Notes under the pieces: model-generated
Told to the model about the DNA's origin: nothing
What the model saw: the letters and a program-made list of their open reading frames with translations, nothing else
Databases searched by the model: none
Virus record (IMG/VR): IMGVR_UViG_3300033067_001157
Coordinates: 1 to 33,511 of that record
Length of the DNA stretch: 33,511 nucleotides
DNA from: a virus
Lineage: Duplodnaviria > Caudoviricetes
Reading direction: 5' to 3' (one strand)
Program-made: the position numbers and the translations under genes
Part shown: piece by piece, positions 1 to 7,771 of the stretch
How positions within the stretch are numbered: position 1 is the first letter of the stretch
How the letters are laid out: the number at the start of each line of letters is the position of its first letter

Positions 1-11
1 ACCACCACTAT

Positions 12-347
12 TTAAGTTTCGCCCGCTTTGCAAGTCTCGGCTCGCAGGTCCAGATCCGCCCCGACCCAGGCAATGGCCCCGAGGGCAGATTGCGGCACGT
101 CGCCCGATGCCCCGAAAGCCTTAACCAGATCGGCCATGCTCATCCCATGTTGCAGCAGCAAAGAGAGCGAAATGCAGGCGTCGACCATAAGGGCGCTGAA
201 ATCGTTCCCCTCCTTGGTCGACCGCATAAATGCCTCGCGCACATAGCCGTCCTCGCCAAATCCAAACGTGCAATCGAAGGCCTGGCCGCGATGTTCGACC
301 GGGACCGTCAGGCCGTGCCGGCGATTTGGAAGTGGTGTTCTGGTCAC
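12..347 (-). CDS. Stand-alone class II ribonucleotide reductase (NrdJ) C-terminal-like / TSCPD-like domain protein
   Basis: GTG at 347 overlaps the upstream stop (GTGA). Pattern RTPLPNRR...G.VREAF...KEG...D....LSLLLQHG resembles the R..LP.RR / E.F / S..LQ.G pattern of NrdJ C-terminal domains. Confidence 0.6.
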   Translation of the reverse strand: MTRTPLPNRRHGLTVPVEHRGQAFDCTFGFGEDGYVREAFMRSTKEGNDFSALMVDACISLSLLLQHGMSMADLVKAFGASGDVPQSALGAIAWVGADLDLRAETCKAGET

Positions 348-547
348 ATCGTCCCCGCATATTTTTCGGCAACTGCCCGCGCGATTTTTAATCGCTTGAA
401 CTTTTCCATAAAAAATCCCGCTGGGTGGCCTTCGTGCCTGATCGCATAGCGCCACGGACGCTCGCGCTCAATGATGATTGAAGCGCGAGGGCCGCAGACA
501 ATATAAGCCCGCATTCCATAGCGTTTCAGGCCTTTGCGCGGGTTCAT
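344..547 (-). CDS. Hypothetical protein (67 aa)
   Basis: Coupled by 4-nt overlaps to both neighbours (ATGA upstream, GTGA downstream). Confidence 0.6.
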   Translation of the reverse strand: MNPRKGLKRYGMRAYIVCGPRASIIIERERPWRYAIRHEGHPAGFFMEKFKRLKIARAVAEKYAGTM

Positions 548-1077
548 TTGCGTCGGCGTGTGCTGGGCGCAGCTGTGAAGAGCGGCGTCGTCTGGTGGGC
601 GCGGCCAGGCTGGCGCTTTTCAAGCACCGCCGCGGCAATGCACAGGGCGTCGGATGCCTCCTCGTCGCAGCAAGGCCAGCCCCGTGCCTTGCAGGCTTTG
701 TTTACGGCCAGTTTCAGCGCCGCAGATTTGTTCGGCATGTTGCCCTTGCCAAGCATCTGCAGGCGCGCGTCTGATTCCTGCATGATCTCGATCGGAATTT
801 TGTTGATGGCCGCCAGGCGGTTCAATATCGCAAAGCCGCCATACATGGGCAACAGATTCATTGGCGTATCGCCGCGCCGGGTAAATGGACGCGCGACCCC
901 CAGAATGTCGGGCTCAAATTTGTTTATCAGCCCTTGAAGATGCGCCTCCATGGTCAGAAGCGCTTCTCCGAATGGAGACCAGTTTTTAAACAATTCACGG
1001 GTTCCTGACCGGGCAATGCCGGGGGCCAGGAACCCGTGACCGCATTTACGGCCCAAATCATAGGCCAAAATCCGCAT
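544..1077 (-). CDS. RuvC-like Holliday junction resolvase
   Basis: ATG at 1077 overlaps the upstream TAA. N-terminal ILAYDLG (RuvC IL.lD.G) and C-terminal DEEASDALCIA (D..aDA.aiA) motifs. Confidence 0.8.
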   Translation of the reverse strand: MRILAYDLGRKCGHGFLAPGIARSGTRELFKNWSPFGEALLTMEAHLQGLINKFEPDILGVARPFTRRGDTPMNLLPMYGGFAILNRLAAINKIPIEIMQESDARLQMLGKGNMPNKSAALKLAVNKACKARGWPCCDEEASDALCIAAAVLEKRQPGRAHQTTPLFTAAPSTRRRK

Positions 1078-1550
1078 TATTTTTCCAGGTGGTCTTCGGA
1101 AGTTTCGTCGCCGACAACTTCCGGTGCCGGGGCCAGGTCGCCAGCCGCGAACATCTCGAATTGCGTGCCTTCCATGGCTTCGCGCCAAAGTTCGGTCTGC
1201 TGGCGTTCGTCGGCCGGCATATCCTTCTCGGCTTCGGCCGCCTTCTTGTTGGCCAAGATACGCTTCAGTTCCTTGGTGATGACGGACTTCTTCAAGCCCA
1301 GATCATTGGCCGCTTCTTCGTACAGGTTCTTAAAGTCGGACCTATACCCGGCCATGTCGCTGGCCATGGCATCGGACAGGTTGATGAACCGCTCGACAAA
1401 ATCCGCGCCCTGGGCGCGAAGGCTGGCCAGATTGTGCCCGGCGCCGGGGGATTCTCGAGTTTCCTTGCGGTTTGCCTTCGCCGCCTTGGGCTTCTTTTCT
1501 GCGGCTTCCTTGGGCACTTTCGGTGCCTTCGCCTTTTTCTTCGCTGCCAT
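1077..1550 (-). CDS. GapR-like (DUF2312/UPF0335) nucleoid-associated protein with Lys/Ala-rich N-terminal extension
   Basis: GHN..L.....FVER...L......SDFKNLYEEA...G.....I...........E...ELWREAM follows the GapR pattern (L..iiERvErLe.Ek..i..dikevyaEAK..GfD.k.l...lY..Al); GGAGAG RBS upstream. Confidence 0.65.
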   Translation of the reverse strand: MAAKKKAKAPKVPKEAAEKKPKAAKANRKETRESPGAGHNLASLRAQGADFVERFINLSDAMASDMAGYRSDFKNLYEEAANDLGLKKSVITKELKRILANKKAAEAEKDMPADERQQTELWREAMEGTQFEMFAAGDLAPAPEVVGDETSEDHLEK

Positions 1551-1571
1551 GCAAACTCTCCGTGTTGTGTG

Positions 1572-1592
1572 AAAAGGCTGTTGCCGACAGCC
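1572..1592 (-). terminator. Intrinsic terminator downstream of cro (tR1-like position)
   Basis: Minus strand GGCTGT-CGGCA-ACAGCC stem-loop followed by TTTT. Confidence 0.6.
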
Positions 1593-1601
1593 CAGCGGTA
1601 T

Positions 1602-1835
1602 TTAGACGGGCGCGCGCCCGAACGCTTCCGGGCACAGGTCGTAGCGGGTGACCGGATCTAGCGGCTTGGTCTGCGCCAAGGCTTTCTTGACGGCCTCTTC
1701 GACCTTCAGGGCTCGCTTGACCGGGCAGACCTTCCACTGGGCCACGGCTGGGGGAGAAACCCCTATTTCAGCCGCCAGCTTTGCCTTCGAGCCGACTATC
1801 AGGATGGCCTGTTCGAGCGCCTTTTCTGGGGTCAT
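1602..1835 (-). CDS. Cro/YdaS-family HTH regulator
   Basis: ALEQAILIVGSKAKLAAEIGVSPPAVAQW...VTRYDLCPEAFG matches the Cro/YdaS pattern (GsqaaLA..lGvs..aVsqW...vtr.eLrPd.f). Confidence 0.88.
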   Translation of the reverse strand: MTPEKALEQAILIVGSKAKLAAEIGVSPPAVAQWKVCPVKRALKVEEAVKKALAQTKPLDPVTRYDLCPEAFGRAPV

Positions 1836-1866
1836 TTGCTACACCTTGGGGGAAATAAGCGCCAAA

Positions 1867-1895
1867 AATCTATTAGCATGGCTTAACTCTGTCAA
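1867..1895 (-). promoter_or_regulatory. Sigma70-type promoter for the cro operon with a candidate operator in the spacer
   Basis: TTGACA (1895-1890), 17-nt spacer, TAGATT (1872-1867); the spacer contains the imperfect dyad GTTAAGCCATGCTAAT. Confidence 0.75.
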
Positions 1896-1979
1896 ACCTT
1901 CCCTTTTCCGCCGATTAAGTTTGTTCTTGCTAGACGTGCGAAACTCTGGCAGCGTTCGGCCCGATTTAAAGGGGCTGGA

Positions 1980-3296
1980 ATGTCGTCAAATACACCGCAT
2001 TTGCTGCTGCTGGACGCCAGCGGCTTCGCCTACCGCGCCTTTCACGCCACGAACCCTGTCTATCGGGCCAAGGATGGTGAGCCGATCGGGGCCGTTCTAG
2101 GCTTTATGGGTATGTCCTGGCGTCTTTTGGGCGCCGCGGAGGCCGACAAGCCGACCCACGGCGCTGCTGTATTCGACGCCCCGGGCAAGAATTTTCGCCA
2201 CACACTGGCCCCAGATTACAAGGCAAACCGGCCTGTCGCGCGCAATGTCGAATTGTCCGGCCAGCTGCAATATATGCGGCACGCGGCCGAAACCTTGGGC
2301 CTGCATCCTGTCGAGGCCACCGGCTTTGAGGCCGACGACGTGATTGCCACCTTGGCCACCCAAGCCAAGGCGGCGGGCATGCGCACCACCATCGTCAGTT
2401 CGGACAAGGATTTCGGCCAATTGGTCGAGGACGGATGGATTGAAATATTCGATCCCCTGCAGAAGCGCCGGATGCTGGCGGCCGACATAGAGGCCAAGAT
2501 GGGCGTCCCCCCTGCCATGGTTCCCCACGTGCAGGCCCTCTGGGGCGACACGGTGGACAATATCATAGGGGTGGACGGGGTAGGCCGGGACAAGGCGGCC
2601 CGTCTGGTGCGCCGCTGGGGCGGCGTGGAGGCCGTTCTGGCATCGGCCAAGGAGGTCCGATGGATTCCTGTGCGGGACCAGCTGCTCAAGAAGCCCGTGG
2701 CCGAGCGGGTCCGCCTGAACCTGAAACTGACCACGTTGCGGCGCAACGTAAAGCTGGCGGCCGCCCCGACTGATCTGGTGCTTGAACCTATCATGCGCAG
2801 CCACCTGACCGAGATCATGCGGGCCCTGGGCGCTCCCCACTATATGGAGGCCATTTTCGCCCTCGACCCCCAGATGGCGCGGGTGGTCGAGCATGTTGCG
2901 GATTCAGAGGGCTGGTGGCGCGAGGAATTGGCCCATCCCGGTCAGGCCCTCCCAGAAATGCCGCAGTCGGGATATTTCCAGCGAAAGCTGGTGCGCGGTG
3001 GGCCTTTTGTGCCGGCGCGCATCTGGCGCGAGCCCCACATTGACGCCGAGACCGGGCAGCCCAGCGGCATGGACGTTCTGCGTTGTGAGGTCGGCGGCAA
3101 GGTGCGCGACCCATTCGCCGAGTGGACACGCCTTTCCATGACGCCGATTAAAAAAAGCGATTTCGAATTCGGCAAGGCTGATGCGGCCCACGCCAAGAAA
3201 TGGCGCCCGGATTCGCCCGCCGCCAACCCAGGAAAACCCATCGATCTTCTTTCCCAACCCAAGCCCACCAACCCCCGCAGGAGAACACCGGCATGA
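1980..3296 (+). CDS. PolA-type 5'-3' exonuclease / flap endonuclease fused to a C-terminal phage domain
   Basis: LLLLDASGFAYRAFHA, VFDAPGKNFRH...YKANR, EADDVIATLA, SSDKDFGQL and GDTVDNIIGVDGVGRDKA (H3TH) motifs are intact; no polymerase domain; extra ~130-aa Trp-rich C-terminus. Confidence 0.93.
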   Translation: MSSNTPHLLLLDASGFAYRAFHATNPVYRAKDGEPIGAVLGFMGMSWRLLGAAEADKPTHGAAVFDAPGKNFRHTLAPDYKANRPVARNVELSGQLQYMRHAAETLGLHPVEATGFEADDVIATLATQAKAAGMRTTIVSSDKDFGQLVEDGWIEIFDPLQKRRMLAADIEAKMGVPPAMVPHVQALWGDTVDNIIGVDGVGRDKAARLVRRWGGVEAVLASAKEVRWIPVRDQLLKKPVAERVRLNLKLTTLRRNVKLAAAPTDLVLEPIMRSHLTEIMRALGAPHYMEAIFALDPQMARVVEHVADSEGWWREELAHPGQALPEMPQSGYFQRKLVRGGPFVPARIWREPHIDAETGQPSGMDVLRCEVGGKVRDPFAEWTRLSMTPIKKSDFEFGKADAAHAKKWRPDSPAANPGKPIDLLSQPKPTNPRRRTPA

Positions 3297-4783
3297 GCGA
3301 TACAGCAACGATAGGCCATAATCGGGGGATTTCTCTCCCCAGCGACGAGGAGATGCTGGCCGAACTGCAGCGCAAATACCCCGAGATCGAGCGGGAAATC
3401 GGCGAGTTCGAGAAAGCCCTGGCGACCTTCCCCGATGAACTGACGCTGGAACAGCCAGACGTCGCGGAGGCCCTGCAGGACCTTCTCGGCCAGATGAAAA
3501 AGACCCAGAAGGTTTGGAGCAAGGCGCATGCGCCGGCCGAAAAGGGCCCGCTGAACAAGCTGGTGAAGGTGGTGACCAATTTCTTCACCAAGGCTGACGA
3601 GCGCATGGACGGCATGCTGGATACTTGGGCTCCGCGTTATCAGGCCTATCTGGACAAGAAAAAGGTCGCCGCCGAGCGCAAGATGGCTGAGGAAGCCGAA
3701 AAGCAGCGCCAGGCCGCCGAGGCTGCCCGCCTCGCTGCCGAGGCTGCCGAGGAAGAGCGGCGGAAATCCGAGGCCCGCGCTGCCGAGGAGCGCCGCAAGG
3801 AGCAGGAAGCCCGTGAAGCCGCCGAACGGGCTGCCCGCGAGAAAGAGGAGGCCGAGGCCCGCGCCGCCGCCGCCAAGGAAGAGGAGCGGCGCCTGGCTGC
3901 CGAAAAGGCCGCAAAGGACCGCGCCGAAAAGGAGGGTAATGTCACCGCTCTGCGCGAGATCAAGGCCCTGATGAAGACGGCAGAAAAGCTGCACCTTCTG
4001 GGCGAGGCCGACGAGGCCACCGAGGACGAGATCAAGGCGCTGGACGAACTGATCCGGCCCGGTGGCACCATCGGCACACAGGCTGGCCCTGTGGCTTCCT
4101 CGGCCTTGCTGGACGACGACCAGCGCACCGATATTGAGGCGGTTCGGGGCCGCCTGACGGCCCTGCGCGACGCCATCAACGCCCGGTTCAACAAGCGTGA
4201 ACAGACGCGCCGCGAGAAGGAGCGCAAGATTGCGGAGGAGGCGGATGCCAAATTGGCCGAGGAGCGCCGCCTTGCCCGCGAGGCCGAAGACAAGAAGCTG
4301 GCCGAGGCCCGCGCCAAGCGCGAGGAAGAGGAAGCGGCTGTCGAGCGGGCCAAGCAGGAAAAGAAGGATTCCGAGGCCAGGGCGCGCGAGGCGCGCGGCG
4401 AGGCCCGGAGCGCGGAATCCGGCGCCAAGGCGGCGGGCAAGACGGCCGACCGGCACGAAACCGACGCCCAGCGGGCCGACAACCGGGCCGACCGGGTCGA
4501 GAACAAGCTGGAAAACAGCACTGACGCCGAATTGTCCCGCTCGCGCGGCGATCTGGGCACGGTTGGCAGCCTGACGCGCCGGTGGGCCTATTACATCACC
4601 GACGAGGCCGCGCTGCGGGCCGTCAGCGGCCCCCTTGGCGAGCATTTGACCACCACGGCCTTGGAGGGCGCGACATTCCACTGGATGCGGGCCCACCAGC
4701 CCGGCTGGGCCGGTCAGACCCGCGTGGAAAACGCCCTGCCCGGGGTCGTTTTTGCCTATGAGCAAGAGGCCAGGATCGTCTAG
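3293..4783 (+). CDS. Long Glu/Ala/Arg/Lys-rich coiled-coil phage protein (496 aa)
   Basis: AGGAGA RBS and ATGA overlap at 3293; extended E/R/K/A helical tracts; C-terminal SLTRRWAYYITDEAAL...LPGVVFAYEQ is typical of a phage family found in recombination modules. Confidence 0.85.
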   Translation: MSDTATIGHNRGISLPSDEEMLAELQRKYPEIEREIGEFEKALATFPDELTLEQPDVAEALQDLLGQMKKTQKVWSKAHAPAEKGPLNKLVKVVTNFFTKADERMDGMLDTWAPRYQAYLDKKKVAAERKMAEEAEKQRQAAEAARLAAEAAEEERRKSEARAAEERRKEQEAREAAERAAREKEEAEARAAAAKEEERRLAAEKAAKDRAEKEGNVTALREIKALMKTAEKLHLLGEADEATEDEIKALDELIRPGGTIGTQAGPVASSALLDDDQRTDIEAVRGRLTALRDAINARFNKREQTRREKERKIAEEADAKLAEERRLAREAEDKKLAEARAKREEEEAAVERAKQEKKDSEARAREARGEARSAESGAKAAGKTADRHETDAQRADNRADRVENKLENSTDAELSRSRGDLGTVGSLTRRWAYYITDEAALRAVSGPLGEHLTTTALEGATFHWMRAHQPGWAGQTRVENALPGVVFAYEQEARIV

Positions 4784-4833
4784 AGTTTCGCATGACCCGC
4801 GAGGGTTCCCATTCCTTCCATACGGAGAAAACA

Positions 4834-5952
4834 ATGAAGACCGATTTTGCCGAGCCTGAAATCATTGCGCAGGACGAAGACGCCGTGGCGGTCAGCGCCC
4901 CCAGCTTGGGGACATTGATGCAGGTTAGCGAGGCCGAGGTGAACCGCCAGATTATGCAGGCGATGGCCTACCCCCGCACTCTGGACAAGTTCCGCAAGGA
5001 CCTGCAGGCCATGGTCTGCTACGACGAGGAGACTGCCATTTCCTGCATGTATTCGCTCAAGCGCGACGGCAAGCAGATCGTCGGCCCCAGCGTCCGCTTC
5101 GCCGAGGCCGCGTTTCAGTGCTGGGGCAATGCCCGGTGCGGCTCCCGCATCGTGGATATCGGCGACGAATTTGTCACCGCGCAGGGCTTCTATTGGGATC
5201 TGGAAAAGAACACCGGCCTGGCTTTCGAAGTCCTCAATCGCATCACCACCCGGGAAGGCAAGCGCTATGGCGACGACATGATCATGACCGCCGGCAACGC
5301 CGCCGGGTCGAAAGCCGTGCGCAATGCCATCCACAAGGGCATCCCAAAGACCGCTTGGAACCCGATCTTTAAGCTGGCCATGAACCTTGCTGTTGGTAAG
5401 GGCGAAAGCATCAGCCTGAAGCGCGACAACATGGTCAAGGCCTTTGCGCCGCTGAACGTGGACAAGGCCCAGATTCTTGGCCTGATAGGCGTGCGCAGCC
5501 TCGATGAGGTTAGCATTGACGATCTGGTCTTCATGTTTGGCGTCCTGAATTCGATCAGGGACGGCGAGCAGACGGTCGAGAAGGTCTTCTCACTGGACAA
5601 CATGAGCAACCCGGATCAGGTGAAACCGGCGGCGCCGCGCCGCAATGATTTTGCTGGGACCGACAAAAAGCAGCCCACCAAGACACAAGAAAAGGCCGAG
5701 ACCAAGGAAGACGAGAAGCCCAAGGATCCTGACGACGCCAAGCCGGATCAAGGGGAAGACGACCGCATCGATCTGGTCAAGGATCTATACAAGGAACTGG
5801 AAGCGGCTAGGCGCATCCGGGATGTTCCAGACATTTGCGAGCGCGGCATCGACGCTGGAATACTGACAGACGCCGAGGAAACGGCATGGCGCCAGGCTTG
5901 CAAAGATCGATCAGACGCCATTCTGGACGCCGCCAAAAAGAAGCCGGGGTAA
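4834..5952 (+). CDS. Conserved phage protein, candidate single-strand annealing / recombination protein
   Basis: GGAG RBS before ATG 4834; AYPR...MYSLKRDGKQIVGPSVRFAE...WGN...WDLEKN core followed by an acidic disordered linker and small C-terminal helical domain. Function inferred from architecture and position. Confidence 0.7.
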   Translation: MKTDFAEPEIIAQDEDAVAVSAPSLGTLMQVSEAEVNRQIMQAMAYPRTLDKFRKDLQAMVCYDEETAISCMYSLKRDGKQIVGPSVRFAEAAFQCWGNARCGSRIVDIGDEFVTAQGFYWDLEKNTGLAFEVLNRITTREGKRYGDDMIMTAGNAAGSKAVRNAIHKGIPKTAWNPIFKLAMNLAVGKGESISLKRDNMVKAFAPLNVDKAQILGLIGVRSLDEVSIDDLVFMFGVLNSIRDGEQTVEKVFSLDNMSNPDQVKPAAPRRNDFAGTDKKQPTKTQEKAETKEDEKPKDPDDAKPDQGEDDRIDLVKDLYKELEAARRIRDVPDICERGIDAGILTDAEETAWRQACKDRSDAILDAAKKKPG

Positions 5953-5954
5953 TC

Positions 5955-6221
5955 ATGGCCAAGAAACCCAAGAACGGCCGCCCGCGCACCAAGCCACCGG
6001 CACCATCATTTGACCGGATGGTGGGGGCCCGTGTTCGGGTGCGTCGCACGATCCTGAAACTCGCGCCGGCCGCCTTTGCCAAAAGCATCGGGAAGTCCGT
6101 TTCCCAGCTGTACCGCTACGAATCGGGCGACGTTCGATGCGATGCACAAACACTGGTCAAGATGGCGAAGGCGCTGGCGTGCCAGCCGTCAGACCTGATT
6201 GACGGGATCAACGCGAAATGA
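5955..6221 (+). CDS. XRE-family HTH protein
   Basis: DRMVGARVRVRR...FAKSIGKSVSQLYRYESG...TLVKMAKAL is an HTH_3 pattern; no peptidase S24 domain. Confidence 0.85.
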   Translation: MAKKPKNGRPRTKPPAPSFDRMVGARVRVRRTILKLAPAAFAKSIGKSVSQLYRYESGDVRCDAQTLVKMAKALACQPSDLIDGINAK

Positions 6222-6493
6222 CCGAAGACGAAGCCAAGACCAAGTGGTGCTTTGCTGCCGTGGCCAGCCATACAGACCCGCGCCGTGGGTTCGAGCCTCC
6301 GCCAGAACCAAGCACGGACGGCATCATCTATCGGGACAAAAACGCCCCTGCCTCCACGCCCAAGCAATTCCCCTGCATCGCCTCTGCCTGCATGGCGTGG
6401 CGCTGGGCGTCGTGGAAGCAACGCGTCACGTCCTATGACCCCGGCTACGGCGACAAGACGAACGGCTACTGCGGCCTGGCTGGCAAGCCATGA
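6218..6493 (+). CDS. Cys-rich hypothetical phage protein
   Basis: MTEDEAKTKWC...CIASACMAWRW...GYCGLAGKP; ATGA overlaps on both sides. Confidence 0.8.
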   Translation: MTEDEAKTKWCFAAVASHTDPRRGFEPPPEPSTDGIIYRDKNAPASTPKQFPCIASACMAWRWASWKQRVTSYDPGYGDKTNGYCGLAGKP

Positions 6494-6864
6494 CCAAGAC
6501 GGTCACCCGCGCCATGGCCGTCAACGCCCTGCTCCATCGCTTTGCCACGCATGGGACCGTGGACGTGGCTTTGGAGCCTGGCAGGCATTTCATCCCCTGC
6601 GCGATCTGCGGCGAGCCGCTACTGCCAGAACAGGCCATCGAGTTCGACCATACCCATGCCGATGTTCATGGCGGCCCGCACGAATATCGAAACCTTCGCC
6701 CCCTGCACAAAGACTGCCACAAGAAAAAGACCAAGGCCGATGTGCAGGCGCAGGCAAAAGGCGACCGCATCCTGGGACTGACGAAAAACAATCCCAAAGC
6801 CAAGATCAGAAGCCCCGGCTTTTCCAAATCCCACAAGCCCATGATAGGAAGGTTCAATGGCTGA
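6490..6864 (+). CDS. HNH endonuclease family protein
   Basis: CAICGEPL...EFDH....HGG....NLRPLHKDCHKKKT motif. Confidence 0.85.
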   Translation: MTKTVTRAMAVNALLHRFATHGTVDVALEPGRHFIPCAICGEPLLPEQAIEFDHTHADVHGGPHEYRNLRPLHKDCHKKKTKADVQAQAKGDRILGLTKNNPKAKIRSPGFSKSHKPMIGRFNG

Positions 6865-7147
6865 GTTTGAAGCCTGCAGCATGAAAGACTGTCCATCCCG
6901 CGCCCGCGGCGCCAAGCACGCGCACGTCGCTGGAATCCAGCGGCCCAGGCTCCGGGTCGTCCCACCAACCGCCAGCAATTATCAGGAACGGGAAGACGCC
7001 CTGAAGACTTATATTGACAGCATCCCCGCGAACTTGCTGCGCGCCTATCTCACCGAGCATATAACCGACGCGCACCCACATGAAGTGGACAAATGGGTGG
7101 TGCTGCTTCGGGCGACCGGTGCCGTGCCGGCCAGGGAGGCATTATGA
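6857..7147 (+). CDS. Hypothetical protein (96 aa)
   Basis: GGAAGG RBS, overlaps both neighbours; N-terminal C..C/H cluster. Confidence 0.65.
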   Translation: MAEFEACSMKDCPSRARGAKHAHVAGIQRPRLRVVPPTASNYQEREDALKTYIDSIPANLLRAYLTEHITDAHPHEVDKWVVLLRATGAVPAREAL

Positions 7148-7284
7148 GCGGGATCGGCTTTGGCGTGTTTATTCTGATGCTCATTCTGGTGCTTTCTTTG
7201 TTCGGGATGATTTCCTGCCTTGAGGAGAAGGTGGAAAGCCTGGAAAAGCGAATGCGAGAAATAGCGCCATGGCTTAACCCATGA
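7144..7284 (+). CDS. Small single-TM membrane protein (46 aa)
   Basis: GGAGG RBS, ATGA overlap; GFGVFILMLILVLSLFGMI hydrophobic helix followed by a short coiled coil. Confidence 0.65.
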   Translation: MSGIGFGVFILMLILVLSLFGMISCLEEKVESLEKRMREIAPWLNP

Positions 7285-7466
7285 CCGACTGCCTCAATTT
7301 CACCAGCGGCAACAATGCCTGTTTATCACTTCGCATCCTGGCCGAGCGCGTGCGCGCCGGGGACGCCAAGGTCATCATTTCGCATGTGCGGGAGACTGGT
7401 GTGCTGGAATTGAAGGTCTCGGGATCATTTGTGCTAGAAAATTCACCGACGCCTGAGAGGGGTTAG
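7281..7466 (+). CDS. Hypothetical protein (61 aa)
   Basis: ATGA overlap with the upstream gene; fills the operon. Confidence 0.55.
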   Translation: MTDCLNFTSGNNACLSLRILAERVRAGDAKVIISHVRETGVLELKVSGSFVLENSPTPERG

Positions 7467-7467
7467 C

Positions 7468-7758
7468 ATGTCCACCGTCTTCCTGCGTACCACTACCGAA
7501 TCTGGCCCACGCACCATCGTATTCAGCGCCAGCGAAGGCGACGCCAGGCTGCTGGCCGAGCGGCTTGTGCTGGACTTCAGCACCGACGTCCCGCCGATCG
7601 TCATCCTGCCAGAGCGCCCAGCGCGCGCCAGCGTAGCCCAGATCATAGTCCACCGCGTCAAGGCGCTAGACCGAGAACTTGCCAGCATAAAGCGGCGCAG
7701 CAAACAAAAAAGCCGCCAGCCTTCGCCAGCGGCCATTCTGAATATTGTTCGAGCTTAA
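7468..7758 (+). CDS. Hypothetical protein (96 aa), last gene of the rightward operon
   Basis: GAGGGG RBS; converges on the lysis region 13 nt away. Confidence 0.6.
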   Translation: MSTVFLRTTTESGPRTIVFSASEGDARLLAERLVLDFSTDVPPIVILPERPARASVAQIIVHRVKALDRELASIKRRSKQKSRQPSPAAILNIVRA

Positions 7759-7771
7759 CGCGCGACGCTTT

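Noticed and set aside
1872-1887. Full CtrA box (TTAA-N7-TTAA)
   Set aside because: Only one good half-site (TTAAC); the other half has two mismatches. Kept only as a possibility.
1980-3296. Host polA gene indicating a prophage boundary
   Set aside because: No 3'-5' exonuclease or polymerase domains; coupled to a phage gene downstream and flanked by phage genes on both sides.
3690-4500. Apparent DNA repeats (GCCGAGG-rich) suggesting an array
   Set aside because: Codon repetition from the Glu/Ala/Arg-rich protein; no fixed repeat-spacer periodicity, so not CRISPR.
2942-4834. 630-aa minus-strand ORF and other long antisense ORFs (e.g. 14315-15499, 28160-29305, 13166-14227)
   Set aside because: Shadow frames of real GC-rich genes; no RBS, no recognisable motifs, fully overlapping well-supported CDSs.
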